Shown: in pieces, positions 8,883 through 17,235 of the stretch
Position numbering within the stretch: position 1 is the stretch's first letter
How the letters are laid out: each line of letters starts with the position of its first letter
DNA from: Gemmatimonadales bacterium
GTDB taxonomy: Bacteria; Gemmatimonadota; Gemmatimonadetes; Gemmatimonadales; GWC2-71-9
NCBI GenBank assembly: GCA_036505175.1
Contig: DASXTV010000049.1
Span: forward strand, 33,110-97,109
Length of the DNA stretch: 64,000 nucleotides
Direction: 5' to 3'
Notes under the pieces: model-generated
What the model was told of the DNA's origin: nothing
The model's database searches: none
Seen by the model: the letters and a program-made list of their open reading frames with translations, nothing else
Translations under genes and position numbers: made by a program

Positions 8883-10318
8883 TGCCTGGCTCCGCCACAC
8901 GCGTCCTGGTCGCCGACGACGACGCATCGCTGGTCCAAACGCTGACCTGGATCCTGAAGGAAAACGGGTACGAGGTCGCCGTGTGCCCCGGAGGCGACGG
9001 GCTGTTCGCCAAGCTCGAAGAGATCAAGCCCGCGATCCTGCTGCTCGACATCATGATGCCCAAGGTGGACGGACTGCAGCTGCTCGAGCGCCTCAAGCAG
9101 GACGAGCGCTACCGCGACCTGCCCGTGCTCATGGTGTCGTCCATGCCGCCCGAAGAAGCGACCGTGCGCGCCCTCGGCCTCGGCGCTGCCGATTTCATCT
9201 CGAAGCCGTTCCGCGTGCGCGAGCTGCTGGCGCGGGTGGAAGCGCACATCCGCGTGGGTCGCGCGCTCGCGCAGGCGCGCGAAGAGGCGCGCAGCCGTGC
9301 GGCGATGGTGGACATCCTGCACGAGGTCACCGACTCCCTCAAGCCGGACGAGATGTACCACATCCTCGCCCGCCGGGTGGCGCGCGCGCTCAACATCTCC
9401 AAGTGCTCGATGGTGCTCGCGAAACCGGGCGATCAGCAGGGCGTGGTGGTGGCGGCCTACGAGAACCCGATGCTGCGCAACCTCCAGATCGAGCTCGCGC
9501 GCTATCCCGAGATCCGCAAGGCGGTGTCGAGCGGGCGGCTCGTCCTGGTCGAAGACGTGGCGACCGATCCACTCTATGAAGAAGAACGGCGCCGCTGGGA
9601 ACGCGAAGCGATCAAGGTTCCCACCCGCTCCGCCGTCGCGCTGCCGTTCTGGATGAAGGATCAGCAGATCGGGGTCTTCTTCCTGCGGACCACCGGGGAC
9701 GATCCGCCGCTCACCCGCGCGGATGCGCAGTTCGCGGAGACGGTCATCAAGACGGCGGTGTCGGCGATCGAGAAAGCGTACGACTTCGAGAGCGCCGTGT
9801 CGGACAAGCAGCGGCTCGAGAAGCTCGCCTCCACGGACGCGCTGACCGGCTGCATGAACCGCCGCGCGCTGGCGGAGGCGCTGGCCCAGGAGCTGGACCG
9901 CGCGCGTCGTTACAACCTGGCACTGACGATCCTGCTCGCGGACATCGACCGTTTCAAATCGATCAACGACACGCGCGGCCACATCGCCGGCGACTCGGTG
10001 TTGCGGCAGGTCGGCGAGCTGCTGCGGCGCGAGGCGCGATCGGTGGACATCACGGCGCGCTACGGCGGCGAGGAGTTCGTCATCGTGATGCCGGAGACCG
10101 CGCCGCACGGGGCGGCGATCTTTGCCGAGCGCTTGCGGCGTCGCGTCATGGCGCGCGACTTCGCCGACCCCGGTGAAGATCCGCTCCACATGACGATCAG
10201 CATCGGACTCGCATCGTTTCCCGATGATCGCGTGCACAGCGCGGACAGCTTTGTATCGCTCGCCGATCAGGCCCTCTATCGCGCCAAGAACGAAGGGCGC
10301 AACTTGGTCCGGCAATGA
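8882..10318 (+). CDS. Response regulator receiver - GAF - GGDEF diguanylate cyclase
   Basis: The start was re-set from the track's 8735 to ATG 8882 (MPGSATRVLVADDD), which overlaps the previous stop (TGATG). REC: LLLDIMMPKVDG. There is a GAF-like middle region. The GGDEF domain carries RYGGEEF and an RSVD I-site 5 residues upstream. Confidence 0.9.
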   Translation: MPGSATRVLVADDDASLVQTLTWILKENGYEVAVCPGGDGLFAKLEEIKPAILLLDIMMPKVDGLQLLERLKQDERYRDLPVLMVSSMPPEEATVRALGLGAADFISKPFRVRELLARVEAHIRVGRALAQAREEARSRAAMVDILHEVTDSLKPDEMYHILARRVARALNISKCSMVLAKPGDQQGVVVAAYENPMLRNLQIELARYPEIRKAVSSGRLVLVEDVATDPLYEEERRRWEREAIKVPTRSAVALPFWMKDQQIGVFFLRTTGDDPPLTRADAQFAETVIKTAVSAIEKAYDFESAVSDKQRLEKLASTDALTGCMNRRALAEALAQELDRARRYNLALTILLADIDRFKSINDTRGHIAGDSVLRQVGELLRREARSVDITARYGGEEFVIVMPETAPHGAAIFAERLRRRVMARDFADPGEDPLHMTISIGLASFPDDRVHSADSFVSLADQALYRAKNEGRNLVRQ

Positions 10319-11424
10319 GCGAGCGCCGCTGCCCCAAGTGCGGGTCCGTGTATACCGACACGGGAGCACGGTTCTGTCCGAAGGACGGCAGCATGCTCGT
10401 GGAGATACAGGCACGAAAGCCCGCCGCCGGCGGGGGGGCGGCGGCGCCTGCGCCGCAGTCAGGCAGCGGGACGGGTGTGCGCACGCCGCTCCCGCCGGGA
10501 AAAGCGGGGCTGGACCGCGCCTCGAGTCTCTCCAATCAGATCCTCGATGCCCGCTATCAGGTGATGAAGAAGCTGGGCGAAGGCGGGATGTCGTACGTCT
10601 ATCTCGCCAAGGAGATCTCGTCGGGTGAGACGGTCGCCATCAAAGTCCTCTCGCCGCGCCTCGCTTCTGACAAGAGCTCGGTCGAGCGCCTGCGCCGTGA
10701 AGCAGGACTGGCGATGCGCCTCGATCATCCGAACGTGTGTCGCATCCTGCGGCTCGGCGAGTCGGAAGACGGGCTGATCTACCTGGTCATGCCCTTCCTG
10801 AAAGGCGAGCTGCTTTCGGATCGGGAAGTGCGCGGCGGGCCGATGGACATGGCGCTCGGCGTGACGCTGCTGAAGCAGATGTGCGCGGGGCTGCACCACG
10901 CGCACGAGCTGCAGATCATTCACCGCGACCTGAAGCCCGAGAACGTCATGCTGGTGACGGACGACCACGGCGGCGCCGAGCGCGCGGTCGTGATGGACTT
11001 CGGCCTGGCCAAGGAGCGGCGCGCCGATCCGGCGATCGCCAAGCTCACGGCGACCGGAATCATCCTCGGCACTCCCGAGTTCATGAGCCCCGAGCAGATC
11101 CGCGGCAGAACGCTCGACGCACGCAGCGACATCTACGCCCTCGGCATCGTGGCGTTCGAGATGTTCACCGGCAAGCTGCCGTTCCAGGGCCGCAACGCGC
11201 AGGAGATGATGATCGCGCGCCTCCGCAGCCAGCCGATCGCGATCCGGACCCTGCGCTCCGACGTCCCCGATGCGGTGGAAAAGGCGCTCACCAAGGCGCT
11301 GCAAACCAATCCCGACGACCGCTTCACGACCGCGCTCGAGTTTGGTGAGGCACTGACGGGCTCCACCGAATCCTCCGGAGGAGGTGGGGGGCTTCTCGGA
11401 AAACTCAAGGAGAGGTTCTCGTGA
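10315..11424 (+). CDS. Ser/Thr protein kinase with N-terminal zinc-ribbon
   Basis: 369 aa. CPKCGSVYTDTGARFCPKDG is followed by Hanks kinase motifs (VAIKVL, HRDLKPEN, DFGLA, GTPEFMSPE). ATGA overlap with the upstream gene. Confidence 0.9.
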   Translation: MSERRCPKCGSVYTDTGARFCPKDGSMLVEIQARKPAAGGGAAAPAPQSGSGTGVRTPLPPGKAGLDRASSLSNQILDARYQVMKKLGEGGMSYVYLAKEISSGETVAIKVLSPRLASDKSSVERLRREAGLAMRLDHPNVCRILRLGESEDGLIYLVMPFLKGELLSDREVRGGPMDMALGVTLLKQMCAGLHHAHELQIIHRDLKPENVMLVTDDHGGAERAVVMDFGLAKERRADPAIAKLTATGIILGTPEFMSPEQIRGRTLDARSDIYALGIVAFEMFTGKLPFQGRNAQEMMIARLRSQPIAIRTLRSDVPDAVEKALTKALQTNPDDRFTTALEFGEALTGSTESSGGGGGLLGKLKERFS

Positions 11425-12737
11425 TCGCACTCGCGCTGCTCTCCCTCCTCGCTCTCCAACAACCAGCTCAGACGACAACGGCAATTCGCGCCGGCACGCT
11501 CATCGACGGCACCGGTGCCGCGCCGGTGAAAAACGCGGTCATTCTGGTGCAAGGTGACCGCATCACCGCGGTCGGGACGAACGTGCAAGTGCCTGCCGGC
11601 GCGACCGTGATCGATTTGTCGGGCGAGACGGTGCTCCCCGGGTTCATCGACGCGCACGTGCATCTCGCCTCCCACACGATCGGCGATGGCGACTGGCAGC
11701 ATGCCGGGCTCACGGAGATGCCGAGCCAGATCGCGTTGCTGGGCGCGGCGCACGCGCAGCAGACGCTGGAGGCGGGCTTCACGACCGTCCGCGTCGTGGG
11801 CAGCGCCAATTTCGGCGACGTCGCCCTGCGCAATGCGATCAATGGGGGCTGGATTCAGGGGCCGCGGATCGTGGCCGCCGGGATTTCCTTCGGTATCCGC
11901 GGTGGGCACTGCGACGGCACGAACGGACTGCAGCCCTTCGCGCTCGGTCGTGAGGGCGGCGTCGAGGTCGGCGTGGCCGATGGCGTCGACGCGGTCCGCA
12001 ATGCGGTGCGCTATGCGGTCAAATACGGCGCCGACGTCATCAAGATCTGCGCGACGGGCGGCGTCCTGTCGCTCACCGATTCGGCCGGCGTGCAGCAGTA
12101 CACCGAAGAAGAAATGCGGGCGATCGTCGAGACTGCGACGCAGCTCGACCGGCGCGTGGCCGCGCACGCCCACGGCACCGCCGGGATCAAGGCCGCCGTG
12201 CGCGCCGGCGTTACGTCGATCGAGCACGGCTCGATTCTCGACGCGGAAGCCGTCGCCCTGATGAAGCAGAAGGGCACCTGGCTCGTGCCGACATTGTTGG
12301 CGGGATTCACAGTCGAATCACTGGCAACCGCGGGGCGTCTACCACCCCCCATCGCCGCCAAAGCGCTCGCGATCGCGCCGCGGATGCACAATTCGTTCAA
12401 GATGGCGCTCGACGGGGGCGTGAAGATCGCGCTCGGCACCGACGCCGGGGTCATGCACCACGGCACCAACGCCCGCGAATTCGGCCTGATGGTGCGCTAC
12501 GGCATGACGCCGATGCAGGCGATCGTGGCGGGAACGTCGAGCGGCGCGACGCTGCTCGGCCTCGAACGCGACATCGGCACCATCGCGGTCGGGAAACGAG
12601 CCGACGTCGTCGCGGTGCGCGGCGACCCGCTGCAGAGCATCCAGGTCCTCGAGCACGTCGACTTCGTCATGAAGGAAGGCAGAGTGTTCAAGCGCGACGG
12701 GCAAGTCCTCGGCCGGAGCGTCGCCGGAGTGCCGTGA
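11421..12737 (+). CDS. Amidohydrolase-family hydrolase (imidazolonepropionase/Xaa-Pro dipeptidase-like), secreted
   Basis: 438 aa with a signal peptide. Motifs: GFIDAHVHL, AAHAHG, IEHGS, GTDAGV. GTGA overlap. Confidence 0.9.
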   Translation: MIALALLSLLALQQPAQTTTAIRAGTLIDGTGAAPVKNAVILVQGDRITAVGTNVQVPAGATVIDLSGETVLPGFIDAHVHLASHTIGDGDWQHAGLTEMPSQIALLGAAHAQQTLEAGFTTVRVVGSANFGDVALRNAINGGWIQGPRIVAAGISFGIRGGHCDGTNGLQPFALGREGGVEVGVADGVDAVRNAVRYAVKYGADVIKICATGGVLSLTDSAGVQQYTEEEMRAIVETATQLDRRVAAHAHGTAGIKAAVRAGVTSIEHGSILDAEAVALMKQKGTWLVPTLLAGFTVESLATAGRLPPPIAAKALAIAPRMHNSFKMALDGGVKIALGTDAGVMHHGTNAREFGLMVRYGMTPMQAIVAGTSSGATLLGLERDIGTIAVGKRADVVAVRGDPLQSIQVLEHVDFVMKEGRVFKRDGQVLGRSVAGVP

Positions 12738-13825
12738 AGCGGTTCCCCGCCTTCGACCCACCGGAGTACGTCGACTGGAAGCCGGATCCCGCGCTCGTCC
12801 GGGGTTTTCGATCAACCATCGAGACGAATCCCGAGCGCGCCGAGATCGTGGCCGCCCTGACTCCTGACGCCAAGCTCCAGCTTTATCGCGGCCTGCTGCG
12901 GGCCCGGCTGCATGACATCGAGCTGAAGCGCTGGGTCCGCACCGGCGTCATCTCCAAGGCGTGGCTGGGGACAGGCGAAGAAGCCACGACGGTCGGGCCG
13001 GTGCACGCGCTCGAGCGGGGGATGGACATGGTCGCGCCGATGATCCGCAACGCCGCGGCCTGCTGCGAGATGGGCATGCCGATCGTCGACATGCTGCGCG
13101 CCTATCTCGCCACGGCCGACTCGCCGAGTGGTGGGCGCGATCTCCATGTCGGCTCGTTTGCGCACGGCGTGCTGCAGCCGATCTCGCATGTCGGCGACAT
13201 GGTGCCCGTGATCACCGGTATCGCGCTGACGTTCAAGATCAAACGCGAGCCGCGCGTGGCGCTCACCTGGGTTGGCGATGGATCTACCAAGACCGCCGCG
13301 GCGCATGAAGGGACCAACTTCGCGGCCGTCCAGCGCGTGCCGGCGATTTTCATCATCGAGAACAACCAGGTGGCACTGGGCACGCGGCTCGAGCAGCACC
13401 ATCTGCCTGCCGACTTCAAGGATTGGCCCGCCAGCTACGGTGTCTGGGGGGCGACGTTCGACGGTAACAACGTGCTGGACGCGTACGCGGTCACCCGAAT
13501 CGCGGCCGAGCGGTGTCGCAGTGGTAACGGGCCGGCGCTGTTGATTGCGGAGACGTTCCGGATGGGCGGTCACGCGACGCACGACGAGCGTGAGGCTCGG
13601 GAAACGTTTCCCGCCGAGCTGTTCAAGACATGGGGCAAGCGCGATCCCGTCGGCCTGTATGAGGAGTATTTGAAGGAAGACGGCGTGAAGGCCAAGCAAC
13701 TCGAGGAGATCGAAGCCGAGGTGACCGCCGTAGTGGCGCGTGCTGCTGAGGAGGCGATCGCGAGTCGGGAGAATATGCCGAAGGGGGAGACAGCGTTGGA
13801 TGGAGTGTATGCGAACGGTCGCTAG
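12734..13825 (+). CDS. Thiamine-diphosphate-dependent 2-oxoacid dehydrogenase E1 alpha-type subunit (no beta subunit nearby)
   Basis: 363 aa. The TPP motif is VGDGSTKTAAAHEGTNFAAVQRVPAIFIIENNQ (GDG...NN). GTGA overlap with the upstream gene. Confidence 0.8.
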   Translation: MKRFPAFDPPEYVDWKPDPALVRGFRSTIETNPERAEIVAALTPDAKLQLYRGLLRARLHDIELKRWVRTGVISKAWLGTGEEATTVGPVHALERGMDMVAPMIRNAAACCEMGMPIVDMLRAYLATADSPSGGRDLHVGSFAHGVLQPISHVGDMVPVITGIALTFKIKREPRVALTWVGDGSTKTAAAHEGTNFAAVQRVPAIFIIENNQVALGTRLEQHHLPADFKDWPASYGVWGATFDGNNVLDAYAVTRIAAERCRSGNGPALLIAETFRMGGHATHDEREARETFPAELFKTWGKRDPVGLYEEYLKEDGVKAKQLEEIEAEVTAVVARAAEEAIASRENMPKGETALDGVYANGR

Positions 13826-15386
13826 TGTTCTCCTTATGCTTCTCGTTACAAACGTTGCCGCGGGGCAACAGCCACACATTGATGCCAAAGCATATCTCTT
13901 TTCTGTAACGATTCCGGACACTGGACAGATCATCCACGGCAGGACCTCGGTCTCATTGAGCGTTTCCGGCTACGACACCGTGAAGCTGAATCTCTTGAAC
14001 ATGCAGGTCGACTCTGTCTGGCGCGGTAACGGCGGCGACGCATTCGTCTTGGTTCCGTTTCACTATGATGGCCGCGTTCTGTCCGTCGCGACTGAAGGGA
14101 AGAGTGTTGTGGAACTGATCATACAGTACCACGGCACACCAGAGGATGGTTTGATCATTGGTCCCAATTCGCGTGGCCGGCGCGTCGCTTTTGGGGATAA
14201 TTGGCCCGAGCGAGCGCGGTACTGGATCCCTACAATCGATCACCCTTCGGACAAGGCCCAAGTCATTTTTGCCGTTACGGCCCCCAGAACCTGGCGAGTT
14301 GTCGCGAACGGACAGGTCCGACCATCCGATCGCTGGGAAGAATCCCATCCAATACCCACCTACACTATGGTCATTGGCGCCGGTGAATTCACAGTCAGCA
14401 CGCACCGCCCGGTGATCAACGGCCGCGATACCATCCCCATCCAGGTTTGGACCTACCCCGAGGACTCGGCGTTCGCCGACTCGGTCCCGTTCCGTCGCGC
14501 CACGGAAATCGTCGAGGTGATGCAGCGCCTGATCGGGCCCTTCCCTTACGAGAAGCTCGCGCACGTGCAGTCATCCACGAAATTCGGCGGGATGGAGAAC
14601 GCGAGCGCCATCTTCTACGCCGAGAAGCCGTATGTCGAGCGCCGGATGGGCGAGGGGGTCGTGCGGCACGAGACAGCGCACCAGTGGTTCGGCGACGCGG
14701 TCACGGAGCGCGACTGGCCGCACCTCTGGCTTTCGGAAGGCTTCGCGACCTATTTCGACGGTGTCATCGGCGCGGCCCTGGACGGCGATTCCGTGTTGGC
14801 AAACGCGATGCGCGCCAACGCGCAGTCGTACTTCGCCTCCGACGTCACCGACCGGCCGATCGTGGATTCGGGATTTGCCGCCGATCCTATCAAGCTCTTG
14901 AACGCCAACAGCTATCCCAAAGGGGCGTGGGTGCTGCATATGCTGCGCGGCCTCATCGGCGACCGGCCGTTCTTCGACGGCCTGCGGACCTACTACCGTA
15001 CGTACCGGGATTCCACCGCGACGAGCGAAGAGTTCGAGCATGTCATGGAAGCCGCCTCTGGAAAGGACCTGAGATGGTTCTTTCACCAATGGCTCTACCA
15101 GCCGGGCTACCCGCAGCTCGACGTCGGTTGGCAGTACGACGGCGGAGCCCGACGGGTCGTCGTGGGTATCACGCAACGCCAAAAGCCCGAGTGGGGGCTG
15201 TTTCAGCTGCCCGTCGTGACACTCGAGTTCCGGGGAGCGAATGGCGTGATGCTGCGGCGTGACGTCCCACTGGGGAGCGGCCGTGAAACCGTCGCCCGCG
15301 TCGCCGTGCCATTCGCGCCGGCCGAGGTTCGCGTGGACCCGGACGGCAAGTTGCTGCTCAAAGTGATCACCATCGGTCGGAGGTAG
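13809..15386 (+). CDS. M1-family zinc aminopeptidase (aminopeptidase N-like), secreted
   Basis: The start was re-set to ATG 13809 (MRTVASVLLMLLVTNVAAGQQ signal). Motifs: GGMENA, HETAHQWFGD (HEXXH), and WLSEGFATY (the distal Glu). Confidence 0.85.
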   Translation: MRTVASVLLMLLVTNVAAGQQPHIDAKAYLFSVTIPDTGQIIHGRTSVSLSVSGYDTVKLNLLNMQVDSVWRGNGGDAFVLVPFHYDGRVLSVATEGKSVVELIIQYHGTPEDGLIIGPNSRGRRVAFGDNWPERARYWIPTIDHPSDKAQVIFAVTAPRTWRVVANGQVRPSDRWEESHPIPTYTMVIGAGEFTVSTHRPVINGRDTIPIQVWTYPEDSAFADSVPFRRATEIVEVMQRLIGPFPYEKLAHVQSSTKFGGMENASAIFYAEKPYVERRMGEGVVRHETAHQWFGDAVTERDWPHLWLSEGFATYFDGVIGAALDGDSVLANAMRANAQSYFASDVTDRPIVDSGFAADPIKLLNANSYPKGAWVLHMLRGLIGDRPFFDGLRTYYRTYRDSTATSEEFEHVMEAASGKDLRWFFHQWLYQPGYPQLDVGWQYDGGARRVVVGITQRQKPEWGLFQLPVVTLEFRGANGVMLRRDVPLGSGRETVARVAVPFAPAEVRVDPDGKLLLKVITIGRR

Positions 15387-15389
15387 CCA

Positions 15390-16478
15390 ATGCGCTTGCG
15401 TGTCCTGTCAATCGCCGTCATCGCCCTCGCCTGTCGCGACCCCGCTCCGGCAGCGGGACAAGGCGCGGACGACGCGCTGCGCCTGCCGGCGGGATTCAAG
15501 ATCTCGGTGTTCGCGGAGCATCTCCAAGGCGTCCGCTATCTCGCGCTCGGCCCGGGCAACGTGGTGTATGCCTCGCAGCCGGGCTCTGGCCTGATCGTTC
15601 GACTGCCCGATGCGAATCACGATGGTATCGCGGATAGCGCCGTGACGATCGCTGGTGGATTGAAGGGACCCTTCGGCATCGCTTTCCGCGGCGACACGAT
15701 GTACGTCGCTGAAGAAGGCGATATCAAACGCTTCGATCCGCGCGGCGCCGCGCCCGTGACGATCGTGCCCGACATTCCGGGTGGTGGTCACTCGACCCGC
15801 ACGATCGTGTTCGGGCCCGACGGCAAGCTGTATCTCGCGGTGGGCTCGTCCTGCAACCTGTGCGAAGAGCGCGACTCGCTGCGGGCCGCCGTGACGCAAT
15901 TCAATCCGAATGGTTCCGGAGGCCGTATCTTCGCGAAGGGACTGCGCAACACCGTCGGGATGGCGTTCAATCCGGCGACGGGCGAGCTCTGGGGCGGCAA
16001 TAACGATCGCGATAATCTGGGCGATGACGTACCGCCCGAGCACATCAACATCATCAAGGACGGCCGCAACTACGGCTGGCCCGACTGCTATCTCCCCGGC
16101 AGACCCAACCCCGAGTACGGATCGGCCGACTGCTCGAACGTCGAGCCGCCCGCCATCACAGTACAGGCGCATTCCGCTCCGCTCGGACTCGTGTTCTATA
16201 CGGGCTCGCAATTCCCGCGCGAATATCGCGGCGACGCGTTCGTCACATTGCACGGTTCGTGGAATCGCTCCGTGCCGACCGGGGCCAAGGTGGTGCGCGT
16301 CGAAGTGGACAGCGGCGGGCGTCGCGCAGTGGGCGTGGATGATTTCATCGTCGGCTGGCAGCGGCCCGACGGGACGCGCTGGGGCCGGCCGGTTGGTCTT
16401 CTGGTATTGCCGGATGGATCCTTGCTGGTAAGTGACGACATGGGTGGGAAAATCTGGAGGGTGAGCTATGGGCGGTAA
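15390..16478 (+). CDS. PQQ-dependent sugar (glucose/sorbosone) dehydrogenase-like beta-propeller
   Basis: 362 aa with a signal peptide. Segments typical of the soluble-GDH/sorbosone-DH family: GFKISVFAE, GPFGIAF, HSTRTIVFGPDGKLY, GLRNTVGMAFNP, GRNYGWP. Confidence 0.82.
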   Translation: MRLRVLSIAVIALACRDPAPAAGQGADDALRLPAGFKISVFAEHLQGVRYLALGPGNVVYASQPGSGLIVRLPDANHDGIADSAVTIAGGLKGPFGIAFRGDTMYVAEEGDIKRFDPRGAAPVTIVPDIPGGGHSTRTIVFGPDGKLYLAVGSSCNLCEERDSLRAAVTQFNPNGSGGRIFAKGLRNTVGMAFNPATGELWGGNNDRDNLGDDVPPEHINIIKDGRNYGWPDCYLPGRPNPEYGSADCSNVEPPAITVQAHSAPLGLVFYTGSQFPREYRGDAFVTLHGSWNRSVPTGAKVVRVEVDSGGRRAVGVDDFIVGWQRPDGTRWGRPVGLLVLPDGSLLVSDDMGGKIWRVSYGR

Positions 16479-17235
16479 GTGGGAACGTTGGAAAGTTGGA
16501 ATGTTGTTCGGGGCCGTGGCGATGGTTCTTTTCTTCGTTCCATCATTCCATCGTTCCGACATTCATTCGGAATACGTCAAGTTCCTCTCGGGCAAGGATA
16601 CAGTCACCGCCTACATCGCCTATCCGGAGCGGCCGCAGCCCGCGCCGGCAGTCATCGTCATCCACGAGATCTTCGGGATGTCGGATTTCATCCGGCAGAC
16701 GACCGAGCAGCTCGCCAAGGACGGCTTCGTCGCCATCGCGCCCGATCTCCTGTCGCGGCGCGGCGGCACACCAGCCACCCAGGACTCGGCCCGCAAGCTC
16801 ATCGCCACCTTGAATCCCGATACCGTCACGATGGACCTCGATGCGACGCGCGCCTATCTCAAGACGCTCAAGCCGGTGCGCACCAATGAGATCGGCGTGA
16901 TGGGCTTCTGTTGGGGTGGTGGGCAGAGCTTCCGTTACGCGACCAACGCGCCCGAGCTCAAGGCCTTCGTGGTGTGTTACGGTCCCAGCCCAAAGCCGGA
17001 GGATATGGCGAAGATCCGCGCCAAGGGCATGGGCGTGTATGCAGAGAATGATGCGCGCATCAATGCGGGCCTGCCCGACGCCGCGGCGGCCATGCGAGCC
17101 GCCGGCAAAGACTATCCGTACGCGATCTATCCAGGCGTGGGCCACGGATTCTTCCGGACGCGCGAGAAGCCGGAAGTGGCCGACAGCGCATGGAATGCGG
17201 TGATCCGCTTCTTCCGCGCGCAGCTGAAGCGTTAA
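16468..17235 (+). CDS. Dienelactone hydrolase family protein
   Basis: 255 aa. AVIVIHEIFG and GVMGFCWGG (nucleophile Cys) match the DLH fold, and GVGHGF is present. The N-terminal 30 aa are encoded by the repeat element, so the start is uncertain. Confidence 0.82.
   Translation: MGGKWERWKVGMLFGAVAMVLFFVPSFHRSDIHSEYVKFLSGKDTVTAYIAYPERPQPAPAVIVIHEIFGMSDFIRQTTEQLAKDGFVAIAPDLLSRRGGTPATQDSARKLIATLNPDTVTMDLDATRAYLKTLKPVRTNEIGVMGFCWGGGQSFRYATNAPELKAFVVCYGPSPKPEDMAKIRAKGMGVYAENDARINAGLPDAAAAMRAAGKDYPYAIYPGVGHGFFRTREKPEVADSAWNAVIRFFRAQLKR
16481..16564 (+). repeat. GTTGGAA-type inverted-repeat element, copy A (overlaps the 5' end of the dienelactone hydrolase gene)
   Basis: The left arm is GGGAACGTTGGAAAGTTGGAATGTTG. 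The right arm is GTTCCATCATTCCATCGTTCCGACATTC. It is homologous at DNA level to 58146-58242 and 57520-57579. Confidence 0.8.
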
